Shown here: positions 34,859 through 45,213 of the stretch, in pieces | Numbering within the stretch: the stretch's first letter is position 1 | Layout: each line of letters starts with the position of its first letter | Source: an uncultured beta proteobacterium | Lineage (GTDB): Bacteria; Pseudomonadota; Gammaproteobacteria; Burkholderiales; Casimicrobiaceae | Assembly: GCA_963834045.1 (NCBI GenBank) | Contig: CAWIAK010000015.1 | Coordinates: 5,892-69,891 of the forward strand | Reading direction: 5' to 3' | DNA length: 64,000 nucleotides | Translations under genes and position numbers: made by a program | The notes under the pieces: generated by a model | What the model saw: the letters and a program-made list of their open reading frames with translations, nothing else | The model's database searches: none | Told to the model about the DNA's origin: nothing

Positions 34859-35326
34859 ATGAAATGGCTTTCGCCGGCGCTCGGCATTGTCGGCGTGGCC
34901 GTGCTGGTCGCGTGCGCCGACGCGCCTCGCGTGGCCGCGCCGCGCATCGCGGTCGAGACCGTGCGGCTGGAGCGGATCACCGGAACGGAGGCCACGTTCG
35001 AGGTGATGCTCAACCTCAGCAATCCCAACGCGCGCGAGATCGCCGTCAACGCCGTCGACGCCAACCTGACCATTGAAGACGTGCCGGTCGGCAGCGCGAC
35101 GCTGGTGTCGCCGCTGCGGCTGCCGGCCAACGGCGAGACGACGGCAGCGGTGCAGGCGCGCGCCGGCATCTCCGCGGTGCTGCGCGTCGCCGCGGAAATT
35201 CGCGCAGCGGGCGCGGGAGCAAAGGGGTACCGGCCAACCCGTGCGGCTCCGCTATGCGGTTTCCGGAACCGCCATCGCTCGAAGGCGGCTGGTCCATCCC
35301 GTTCTCGCGCAGCGCCGAATTCGTGA
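34859..35326 (+). CDS. LEA type 2 (WHy) lipoprotein (frameshifted C-terminus)
   Basis: Lipobox LVAC, L.LSNPN, LPANGET. Confidence 0.78.
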   Translation: MKWLSPALGIVGVAVLVACADAPRVAAPRIAVETVRLERITGTEATFEVMLNLSNPNAREIAVNAVDANLTIEDVPVGSATLVSPLRLPANGETTAAVQARAGISAVLRVAAEIRAAGAGAKGYRPTRAAPLCGFRNRHRSKAAGPSRSRAAPNS

Positions 35327-35352
35327 TGAACGCGCCCGCGACGCTCTTCGCG

Positions 35353-36204
35353 ATGACCACGCTCAAGTTCACCAAGATGCAGGGCCTGGGCAACGACTTC
35401 GTCGTGCTGGACGGCATCCGCCAGCGCGTCGAGCTCTCGCCGCGCAGCTGCGCCTGCTCGCGGATCGCCGCTTCGGCGTCGGCTGCGACCAGGTGCTGCT
35501 GGTCGAGCGCGCGACGGGCGACGCGGACTTCCGCTACCGGATCTTCAACGCGGACGGCGGCGAGGTCGAGCAGTGCGGCAACGGCGCGCGCTGTTTCGTG
35601 ATCTTCGTCCGCGACCAGGGGCTCACGAGCAAGCGCGAACTGCGCGTGGAGACCGCCGGCGGACTCATCGTGCCCGCGGCTCGAAGACGACGGGCAGGTC
35701 ACCGTCGACATGGGCGTGCCGCGGTTCGCGCCGGAGGACGTGCCGTTCACGGGCGGCGAGGGCGCCGTCGACGAGACGCTGGACGTGGACGGCGTTGCGG
35801 TCCGCATGTCCGTGCTGTCGATGGGCAATCCGCATGCGGTGCAGGTGGTGGCCGACGTGGACGCCGCGCCGGTGGCGACGCAGGGGCCGCGGATCGAGAA
35901 CCATCCGCGCTTTCCGCAGCGCGTCAACGCGGGCTACATGCAGGTCGTCGATCGCGCTACCATTCGTCTGCGCGTGTGGGAACGCGGCGCGGGCGAGACG
36001 CTCGCGTGCGGCACCGGCGCGTGCGCGGCCGTGGTGGCCGGCATCAGGCGCGGCCTGCTCGATTCGCCGGTGCGCGTGCAGACGCGTGGCGGCGAACTGG
36101 TGATTGCGTGGGCAGGCGATGGCCAGCCGGTGCAGATGACCGGGCCGGCAGCGACGGTGTTCGAAGGGGAGTGGATCGCGCGCATGATGCGCGACCGCGA
36201 ATGA
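35353..36204 (+). CDS. dapF: Diaminopimelate epimerase (frameshifted)
   Basis: [45 protein letters not shown]. Confidence 0.96.
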
Positions 36205-36236
36205 GCGCGACAACGACACAGATCGGAAAGCGGTGA

Positions 36237-36915
36237 ATGAACGCCAGTAACGACGCAGGCCGCAAGCGCAGGCGAGGTCGCGGAATACCTGAAGAAGAAT
36301 CCGAAGTTCTTCGAGGACTACGCCGACATCATCGCGGAGATCTTCGTGCCGCATCCGCATGGCGGCCACGCGATCCCGATCGCCGAGCGGCAGATCCTGA
36401 CGCTGCGCGAGAAGAACAACGAACTCGAGGCCAAGTTCCGCGAACTCGTCGCCTACGGCACCGAGAACGACCAGATCGGCGAAAAGCTGCACCGCTCGAC
36501 GCTGGCGCTGTTCGCCGCCCCCGATCTCGAGACCACGCTCGCCGTGCTCTACCACAGCCTGAAGGAGGACTTCGCCGTGCCCCAGGTCGCGGCGCGGCTG
36601 TGGGGCAAGGTGCCCGAGCAATCCTACCTGCCCGAACTCGCGGCGACGTCGACCGAGATACGCGAGTACGCCGACCAGCTGGGGCAGCCGTATTGCGGGC
36701 CTGCCGCGGCGTTCGAGTCGCGCGAGTGGTTCGAGGACGGCGACGCGCTGCAGTCGTTCGCGTTCATGCCGCTGCGCACGGCGCAGACGTTCGGCCTGCT
36801 GGCGCTCGGCAGCCCGGACGCGCAGCGCTTTCACGCCGGCATGGGCACGCTGTACCAGACGCGTCTCGCGGAACTGGCGAGCGTCGCCACCGCGCGCTTC
36901 CTGCCGCTGTCCTAG
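36237..36915 (+). CDS. DUF484 (YigA-like) protein (frameshifted N-terminus)
   Basis: YLKKNPKFF, PHPHGG.AI..ERQ..LRE, GS.D..RF..GMGTLY; lies between dapF and xerC. Confidence 0.88.
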
Positions 36916-36940
36916 GATCCGGCGCGAAGTCGCCAAGCCC

Positions 36941-37898
36941 GTGACCAAGCGAACCGTTGCCGCGCCTCCTCCGACACGATCGCGACACGGTCGCCGCAAC
37001 GCCGCGTTGCTCGATGCGTTCGCGACGCATCTTGCCACGCGGCCCGCGCACACGCGCGACGCGTATCTGCGCGACGTGCGCGCAGCTGGCCGCACACGGC
37101 AGGCGACGACGCCGCTGCCCGCGCTGACGCGCGCGCAGCTGGCGCGCGTCGCTGGCGACGCTGCACGGCCGGGGGCTGTCGGGCCGCAGCCTGGCGCGCA
37201 TGCTGTCCGCGTGGCGCGCGTTCCATCGCTTCGTGCAACGAGCGCGACGGCGCGCGCAGCGACGACCCGAGCGTCGGCCTGAAGCCGCCGAAATCGCCCG
37301 AGGAACCTGCCGTCGGCGCTGACGCCGGACGAAGCGGTGCGGCTGGTCGACGGCGCCGAAACCGACGCGCTGGGGCCGGCGCGACCACGCGTTGTTCGAG
37401 CTCGCGTATTCGTCGGGACTGCGGCTGTCCGAGCTGGCCGGGCTGGATGTCGACCGCGTCGATCTCGTCGACCGGCGAAGTGCGCGTCTGGGGAAAGGGC
37501 GCGAAGGAGCGGATCGTGCCGGTCGGCGCGGCGGCGCTGGCGGCGCTCGCGGACGTGGCTCGCCGAACGCGCGGCGATTCCCGCGGTGGACGAGCGCGCG
37601 CTGTTCGTCGGCGCGCGCGGACGGCGCATCGCGCCGCGGCAGATCCAGCGGCGCCTGGCCGCGCTGGCGATCCAGCGCGGCATCAACCGCCACGTGCATC
37701 CGCACATGCTGCGCCATTCGTTCGCGTCGCACGTGCTGCAGTCGTCGGGCGATCTGCGCGCCGTGCAGGAAATGCTCGGCCACGCGTCGATCGCCAGCAC
37801 GCAGGTCTACACGCATCTCGATTTCCAGGCGCTGGCGAAGGTCTACGACGCCGCGCATCCGCGCGCGCGCAAGAAGAAGAAGGCGCGAAGCCCGCTAG
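36941..37898 (+). CDS. xerC: Tyrosine recombinase XerC (heavily frameshifted)
   Basis: [55 protein letters not shown]; dapF-yigA-xerC order. Confidence 0.92.
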
Positions 37899-38407
37899 TC
37901 GAGGACCTTCATGACGCCGGGCATCCACGGCAGGTCGGTCGTGCCCGTGTCCTTGCCCGCCTGCTTGATCAGCGTCGCCAGCTGCCGCGGTGATGCGTGG
38001 CGTGCTGGAACATGTGCGTGGCAGCGATCCAATTCGCCACGCGGCGCAGCTTGCCATCGGAGGCCGCGCGGTATTCGAGCGTCGCGGCGAGCCACGCGGG
38101 CGGCAAGTTGACCCGCCCAGTCGAGGATCGCGGTGTCGGTCGCGGCGCGCTCGCGCGCGAGCTCCGCGAAGTCGGCGTACATGTCGGCGCCGAAGGCGCG
38201 GACCGTGTACGGCTCGCCCTTGAAGCGCGACAGCCAGATGCGGTCGCCCCACAGGATGTGATTGAGCGTCCGGTGCATCGAGCCGAAGAACGCGCCGCGA
38301 TCGCGCGTGCGCTCCTCGACGCTGAATTCGCCGACGACCGCGTACAGCCGTTCGTTCATCCAGCGGTTGTAGCGCGCGAGGAGCTGGCAATACTCGACGG
38401 AGATCAT
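37895..38407 (-). CDS. DinB/YfiT-family protein (frameshifted)
   Basis: [38 protein letters not shown]-like His motif, TDL. Confidence 0.88.
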   Translation of the reverse strand: MISVEYCQLLARYNRWMNERLYAVVGEFSVEERTRDRGAFFGSMHRTLNHILWGDRIWLSRFKGEPYTVRAFGADMYADFAELARERAATDTAILDWAGQLAARVARRDARIPRGLRWQAAPRGELDRCHAHVPARHASPRQLATLIKQAGKDTGTTDLPWMPGVMKVLD

Positions 38408-38445
38408 GCGGAATTGTAGCCGGAGAATCGTCGGATCGAGCGTAT

Positions 38446-38595
38446 CGCAGCGGTTGGGCCGCACCGCTCGAGGTCGCAATCGCCGGCCTGCGGGTACCCG
38501 GCACGTCTGCGCTCGTCAAAACAGGACTTCGCTTGCCGCGCCACCCGCGACGTCCGGCGCGATCCACGTGCGCCCGTGCGGCCCCAACCGCTGCG
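38446..38595. repeat. 150-bp element bounded by 19-20 bp inverted repeats (MITE-like)
   Basis: CGCAGCGGTTGGGCCGCAC (38446-38464) and GTGCGGCCCCAACCGCTGCG (38576-38595) are reverse complements apart from one G in a homopolymer. Confidence 0.6.
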
Positions 38596-38654
38596 CTGCC
38601 CGTTGGCCACGCGCGACGCAGCTGCGCCGGAGCATGATCGACGATGCGAAGAGC

Positions 38655-38684
38655 AAAAAAAGGGGCGCGTTTTGGGCGCGCCCC
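38655..38684 (-). terminator. Intrinsic terminator of the torF-glnK-amtB operon
   Basis: Minus strand GGGGCGCG-CCCAAAA-CGCGCCCC-TTTTTTT. Confidence 0.88.
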
Positions 38685-38794
38685 GCAAAGCCACTGAGGA
38701 GAAAACTGCAACTACGCGAGAGGAGTTCCTGTCCTCGCCTTACGCGCGGGCGGGGGAGAGGGTCCGCCCGCGCATAATCTTTTGCCGAACCGCA
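38655..38794 (-). ncRNA. Candidate 3'UTR-derived sRNA of amtB
   Basis: Two hairpins, C/U-rich anti-SD-like motifs and a U7 terminator; inferred from structure only. Confidence 0.4.
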
Positions 38795-40334
38795 TCAGGT
38801 CCGATAGGCCGATTCGCCGTGCGACGCGATATCGAGGCCTTCGCGTTCCTGTTCTTCGGTCACGCGCAGGCCGATGGTCATGTCGACGATCTTGTACGCG
38901 ACGAACGCGACCACGCCGGACCAGACGATCGTCGTCAGCACGCCCGTTCCCTGGATGACGAGCTGGCCCATGATGTCGTAGTCGGGGCTGATCTTGTTCG
39001 CGACGTAGTCGTAGATGCCCTGGCCGCCCAGGCTCGGCGACGGCGAACACGCCGGTGAGCAGCGCGCCCAGGATGCCGCCCGTCGCGTGCACGCCGAACA
39101 CGTCCAGCGCGTCGTCCGCACCCAGCAGGCGCTTCAGGCCGTTGACGCCCCACAGGCAGACGACGCCCGCGAGCAGTGCCGATGACGAGCGCGCCAGGGA
39201 TGCCGACGAAGCCGCACGCCGGCGTGATCGCGACGAGACCCGCGACCGCACCGGAAGCCGCACCCAGCATCGACGGCTTGCCCTTGGTGATCCACTCGCC
39301 GAACATCCACGACAGCACGGCGGCGGCGGTCGCGAGCAGCGTGTTGATGAACGCGAGCGCGGCGATGTCGCCGGCTTCCAGCGCGGAGCCGGCGTTGAAC
39401 CCGAACCAGCCCACCCACAGCAGCGAGGCGCCGATCATCGTCATCGTCAGGTTGTGCGGCGCCATCGATTCCTTGCCGTAGCCGATGCGCTTGCCCATCA
39501 CGTAGGCGCCCACCAGGCCGGCGATGCCGGCATTGATGTGCACGACCGTGCCGCCCGCGAAGTCGAGCGCGCCCTTCTGCCACAGCCAGCCGGCCTTGGC
39601 GGATCTCGCGACGCGAGCGTGCCGCGTCCTTGATGCGTCGGGGCCGGGCCAGAACCAGACCATGTGCGCGATCGGCAGGTACGAGAACGTGAACCACAGC
39701 ACCGCGAACAGCAGCACCGCCGAGAACTTCATGCGCTCGGCGAACGCGCCGACGATCAGGCCACGGTGATCGCCGCGAACGTCGCCTGGAACGCGACGAA
39801 CAGGAGCTCGGGAATCGACGATGCCCTTGCTGAACGTCGCCGCCGTCGCGAACGATCCGACGCCGCCTTGATCGAGAAGATGCCCGTTCAGGAACAGCCG
39901 GTCGAAGCCGCCGAAGAAGGCGTTGCCCTCGGTGAACGCGAGGCTGTAGCCGTAGACGCACCCACAGCACGACGATCAGCGAGAACACCACGAACACCTG
40001 CATCAGCACCGACAGCACGTTCTTCGAGCGGACCAGGCCGCCGTAGAACAGCGCCAGGCCGGGGATCGACATCATGATCACCAGCAGCCGTCGCGACGAG
40101 CATCCACGCGATGTCGCCCTTGTTCGGCGTGGGCGCGGGCGCCGCCGTTGCGGCAGGCGCTGCGGCCGCGGGCGCCGCGGGAGCCGCGGCGGGCGCCGCG
40201 GCGGGGCAGCAGCGGCGCAGCGGCGGCGCGCCGCGGCCGCGGGCGCGGGGCCGGTGCGGCCTTGTCCTGCGCCAGCGCCGGCAGCGCGAGGCCGAGCGCG
40301 CCGAGCATGGCAAGCAATACGAGAATTTTTTCAT
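38795..40334 (-). CDS. amtB: Ammonium transporter AmtB (frameshifted)
   Basis: Signal peptide with A/P linker, [54 protein letters not shown]. Confidence 0.96.
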
Positions 40335-40346
40335 CGATCGCTCCCT

Positions 40347-40739
<393 letters not shown>

Positions 40740-41568
40740 TCAGAACGTCTTTTGGACGTAGCCGACGAACTGGCTGTCGGCCGTGTTCTTGCCGAAGCGG
40801 TTCGTGTAGGCCGCGCTCTCGGCGTCGGTGCCGGTGCCGAAGATGCCGACGGTCACGCCGTAGACTTCGGTCGACGACGCCGACCTTCCAGTCGCTGTAG
40901 TCGTAGAAGCCGTTGTTCTTGAACTTCTGCTTGCCGACGTGACCGAAGAGCGTGACCTTGCCGATGCACGTCGTTGACCTTGTCGATGACGTCGTAGTTG
41001 ACGTTGCAGCTCCCAGTAGTCGCGAGCCGCGCGAATCGGGGAAGCCGAAGGTCTTGTTGTTGACGCTGTAGCTGTACTTCGCCGACAGCCACTTCCACGT
41101 CGAGCGCCGCGTAGAGTTCGGTCGTGTTGGGCTTGGTGTAGCCGCGCGGGTAGGTGCCGGGATACCAGTAGTAGAGGACGCCGAGGTCGAGCACGAAGTC
41201 GGCGGGCAGCGCCCACTTGTAGCCGCCGTAGAAGTCCCATTCCAGGCTGCGCCGAGACGTCCGGGTTGCCGTCGGAGAGCCAGCTGATGTTCGACGCCCA
41301 GGTGCCGACGTAGAAGCCGCTCTTGTGGCCCAGGTCGAAGCCGCCCTGGATCGCGGGCTTTTCGTTGGTCTGCGAGATGCCGCGGAACACGTACTGGCTG
41401 TAGAGGCCGACGTTGCCGGTGAACGTCCAGTCGGGTTCGGGCGCCGGCGCGGCGGCGGCGGCGGGTGCCGGCGCGGGCGCCGGGGTCTGGGCCAACGCGG
41501 TTCCCGCGAACAGCGCGGCGCATGCAGCAGCCACGACCGAGGTGCGAAGGCCGAGGCTTCTGGTTCAT
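40740..41568 (-). CDS. TorF-family putative porin (NlmA-like), frameshifted
   Basis: Signal peptide, SQYVFRGISQT, PAIQGGFD, GFYVGTWASN, E.DFYGGY, C-terminal F; first gene of the glnK-amtB operon. Confidence 0.88.
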
Positions 41569-41627
41569 GGCGGAATCCCTTGCGAGGTGGTTGAAGGAAA
41601 TGGACGATACGCTTCCGGCGGACATTC

Positions 41628-41643
41628 AGCATTTCGTGTGCCA
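41628..41643 (-). promoter_or_regulatory. Sigma54 promoter of torF-glnK-amtB
   Basis: Minus strand TGGCAC-ACGAA-ATGCT, with an AT-rich tract upstream. Confidence 0.85.
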
Positions 41644-41719
41644 CGAAATAAAGCATATATATTTCAATGTAGTTATAGTAGATAAATGGCGGATGGAGCC
41701 CGGAGCCGAATGCGCGATC

Positions 41720-41767
41720 GGCACCAATACGGTGCGTCGGATGCTGCGATCGCACATTATTGGCGCG
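41720..41767. promoter_or_regulatory. Tandem NtrC binding sites
   Basis: GGCACCAATACGGTGCG (41720-41736) and CGCACATTATTGGCGCG (41751-41767), 31 bp apart; both resemble TGCACCA-N3-TGGTGCA. Confidence 0.8.
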
Positions 41768-41884
41768 GCGAATTGCGGCAGTGCCTTCGCGGGCAGGCGA
41801 CGTCATCCGAACGGACTACGGCGACCTGTCCGCGCCTTTGCTAGACTCGTCGCGAGCGTCACACGGCCACTCGGAGGCGACCTC

Positions 41885-42146
41885 ATGCAACTTCAACGGC
41901 AAGACGCTGGATGAACTGGCCGCGCGCATCGGCAAGGCGATCGAGGCCAGCCCCGCCAAGGACATCGAGAAGAACGTGAAGGCGATGCTGCAAGGCGGGC
42001 TCGCGCGGCTCGACCTCGTGACCCGCGCCGAGTTCGACACGCAGGCGCGCCGTGCTGCTCAAGACGCGCGAAAAGCTGGAGCAGCTGGAAGCGCGCGTGG
42101 CGGAGCTCGAAGCGCGCTTCGCGCCGCCGGCCATCGCGCGCACTGA
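41885..42146 (+). CDS. ubiK: Ubiquinone biosynthesis accessory factor UbiK family (frameshifted)
   Basis: [39 protein letters not shown]. Confidence 0.85.
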
Positions 42147-42208
42147 TCGCGGCGCGCGGCGTGCGAACGGCCGCGCTGCCGGCCACGGATGCTCAAGCGG
42201 TCAATCCC

Positions 42209-43778
42209 ATGTCGGTCGCGGTCGTGCACAGCCGCGCGCTGGCCGGCGTCGCCGCGCCGCGCGTCACGGTCGAGGTGCACATCGCCGGCGGCCTGCCCGG
42301 CATTCATCTCGTCGGCCTGCCCGATACCGAAGTGCGCGAAGCGCGCGATCGCGTGCGCGCCGCGCTGCAGAACGCGCAGTTCGAGTTTCCGGCGCGCAAG
42401 GTCACCGTCAACCTGGCGCCGGCGGACCTGCCCAAGGAGTCCGGCCGCTTCGACTTGCCGATCGCGCTGGGCATCCTCGCCGCGACCGGCCAGATCCCGG
42501 CGACACCAGCTCGCGCACTACGAATTCGCCGGCGAGCTGGCGCTGACCGGCGAGCTGCGCGCCGTGCGCGGCGCGCTGGCGATGGCGCTCTCGCGCGCGC
42601 GCGACGGCCGCGCGTTCGTGCTGCCCGCGGCGTCGGCCGGCGAAGCGGCGCTGGTGCGCGACGCGACGGTCTACGGCGCGCCGTCGCTGCTCGCGGTCTG
42701 CGCGCACCTCGCCGGACGCGCGCCGCTGGCGCAGGCGGCGCCGGACGCGCCGCGTCGCGGCGCGCCGGAGGCCCCGATCTGGCCGACGTGCGCGGCCAGG
42801 CGCACGCCAAGCGCGCGCTCGAAATCGCCGCGGCCGGCGGCGCACTCGCTGCTGCTGATCGGTCCGCCCGGCACCGGCAAGTCGATGCTCGCGCAACGGC
42901 TGCCGGCGCTGCTGCCGCCGCTGACCGAGGACGAGGCGCTCGAAGTCGCCGCGGTGGCGTCGATCGCCGGCCGGTTCGCCCCGCAGCGCTGGGGCGAGCG
43001 TCCGTTTCGCGCGCCGCATCACACGGCGAGCGGCGTCGCGCTGGTCGGCGGCGGCAGCGATCCGCGGCCCGGCGAGATTTCGCTCGCGCACCACGGCGTG
43101 CTGTTCCTGGACGAACTGCCCGAGTGGGACCGGCGCGTGCTCGAAGTGCTGCGCGAGCCGCTCGAGTCCGGCGTCATCCACATCTCGCGCGCCGCGCGGC
43201 AGAGCACGTTTCCCGCGCAGTTCCAGCTCGTCGCCGCGATGAATCCCTGCCCGTGCGGCTGGCTGGGCGATGCGAGCGGGCGCTGCCATTGCACGCCGGA
43301 CCGCGTCGCGCGCTACCGCTCGCGCGTCTCGGGTCCGCTGCTCGACCGCATCGACCTCGCGCTCGAAGTGCCGGCGGTCGCGCCGGAGTCGCTGGCGATG
43401 AACGCGCACGCCATCGCGTGGCGGAAGGCGCCGACGCGCACGGCTGCGCGAGCCGGAACATCCGCACGCGCGACGCGGGCGAATCGTCGGCGACGGTGCG
43501 CGCGCGCGTCGAGCGCGCGCGCGAGCGGCAGCACGACGCGGCAGGGCAAGCCCAACGCGCGCCTGCTGCCCGCCGGAAGTCGCGCGGCATTGCGTGCCCG
43601 ACGCCGCCGGCCGAGGAACTGCTCGCGCAGGCGATGACGCGGCTCGCGTTTTCCGCGCGCGCGTATCACCGCGTGCTGAAGGTGGCGCGCACGATCGCCG
43701 ATCTCGCCGGATGCGATCGCATCAGCGCCGACGCACGTGGCCGAGGCGATCGGCTATCGCAGGATGGATCCGGCCTGA
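42209..43778 (+). CDS. comM: YifB/ComM Mg-chelatase-like AAA+ ATPase (frameshifted)
   Basis: [65 protein letters not shown]. Confidence 0.93.
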
Positions 43779-43888
43779 CGCGACTTTCGCGCAACGCCGA
43801 TTTTCAGCCCGCGCAAACTGAGATGGACAATTTCAGCGAGGTGTCCGCTGCGCCTCGCACTTGGGGGCCATGGCCACGGCCTAGCGAT

Positions 43889-44854
43889 TCAGGATCGAGA
43901 AAGCTGAAAGCGCCGATTACGCCGGACCAGGCTCAACGCAGCAAGGCCAAGTCCCAGCAGCAGGTAGGTTTCCGGTTCGGGTGCAGGGTTCCCGTCCCTG
44001 ATCAAGGCGCCAGGCCCGCCGATGGTGTCGCCGAAGGCACCGAAGTCGGTGTTGCCAAAGCCCGTAGTCACGAATACGTAGTGTGTGCCTGCGATCAGGT
44101 CCGCGGCAAAGCCGGCCGTCGTGAGGCCCAGCAGATCGTCATTGCCGACGACGGCGTTGGCCGAAGGCGAATTCGGGTCGAAGGAATTCTCATACAGGAA
44201 CGCAAAATTATCGAACGCGCCGGTGCTCAGAAACGTGTAGGTACCGCTTGCGGTGACGGTGAAGCCGAAGGTGTTGTACGCCACGGCGGTGCCGACCGCG
44301 GACTGCGCCGAAAGGTCTTCGAGAAGCCGGTTGAACGTCGGGCCGCCGGTGGTGTTCCCGACAAAATCGACGATGTCGGATGTCGCGCCGGGACCGGGGA
44401 CCGCGATGAAGTCGCCAGCGCCGCCGATCGTGTCGCTGAATGCACCGAAGTCCGTGTTGCCAAAGCCGGTGGTGACGAATATGTAATCGATGCCTGCGAT
44501 CAGGTCCGCCGCAAAGCCGGCCGTCGTGAGGCCTAACAGATCGTCATTGCCGACGACGGCGTTGGTCGAAGGCGAATTCGGGTCGAAGGAATTCTTGTAC
44601 AGGAAGGTAAAGTTATCGAACGTGCCCGTGCTCAGGAACGTGTATGTGCCACTCATAGTCACCCTGAAGTTCAGGGTGCTGTACGCCACGGCGGTGCCGA
44701 CCGCGGACGGTGCCGACAGGTCTTCGAGCAGCCGGTTGAACGTCGAAGCGCCCGCTGTGGTGCCTGTGAACGTGAAGATGCCCGCTTGCACGGGCAAGGC
44801 CAAGCACGCAATAAAGGCACTTGCAGCGATCGCTGTCTTGATCCTGATCGTCAT
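43889..44854 (-). CDS. PEP-CTERM protein with a duplicated ~120-aa beta-rich domain
   Basis: Signal peptide ending VQA, two near-identical repeats, C-terminal [25 protein letters not shown]. Confidence 0.9.
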   Translation of the reverse strand: MTIRIKTAIAASAFIACLALPVQAGIFTFTGTTAGASTFNRLLEDLSAPSAVGTAVAYSTLNFRVTMSGTYTFLSTGTFDNFTFLYKNSFDPNSPSTNAVVGNDDLLGLTTAGFAADLIAGIDYIFVTTGFGNTDFGAFSDTIGGAGDFIAVPGPGATSDIVDFVGNTTGGPTFNRLLEDLSAQSAVGTAVAYNTFGFTVTASGTYTFLSTGAFDNFAFLYENSFDPNSPSANAVVGNDDLLGLTTAGFAADLIAGTHYVFVTTGFGNTDFGAFGDTIGGPGALIRDGNPAPEPETYLLLGLGLAALSLVRRNRRFQLSRS

Positions 44855-44992
44855 GGCATTCCCCAGATTGAGATTGAACACCTTCGAGCCAACAAGAATG
44901 CGCACAGGGAAACGAGCCCGGGCGTTTTGCGCCATTGAGATCAAGCGAAATTTTCGGAGCGCGAAACCGATTCTCTCGAACGGGAACACGAG

Positions 44993-45008
44993 CGCAACCT
45001 TCGTGCCG
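44993..45008 (-). promoter_or_regulatory. Sigma54 promoter for PEP-CTERM gene 2
   Basis: Minus strand CGGCAC-GAAGG-TTGCG. Confidence 0.72.
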
Positions 45009-45070
45009 GAACTTCACCCAATTGAATTGATGGTGTTTCTTGCGCGGCACGGCGAATAACGGAGGCGGAT

Positions 45071-45087
45071 TGTAAGAGTAGCCGACA
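45071..45087. promoter_or_regulatory. Putative enhancer (PrsR-type) site
   Basis: TGTAAGAGTAGCCGACA (TGT-N11-ACA), at about the same distance from its sigma54 motif as the 34639 site. Confidence 0.7.
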
Positions 45088-45213
45088 ACATCGCGCCGCC
45101 AAGGCAGCTTTCTGGAATCGGCAGGACGTGCTCGCCGATGCATCACCCGCGCATGGCGGCAATAGCCATCCTGCCGGTTTGGATGCTGCACTGCGGTAAC
45201 ATGAAGGGCTGCC

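Noticed and set aside
36941-37898. Tyrosine recombinase as an island integrase
   Set aside because: The dapF-DUF484-xerC order and the THLDF motif identify housekeeping XerC.
42209-43888. comM disrupted by a mobile element
   Set aside because: The gene is complete apart from indels; only a single PEP-CTERM gene follows, with no integrase.
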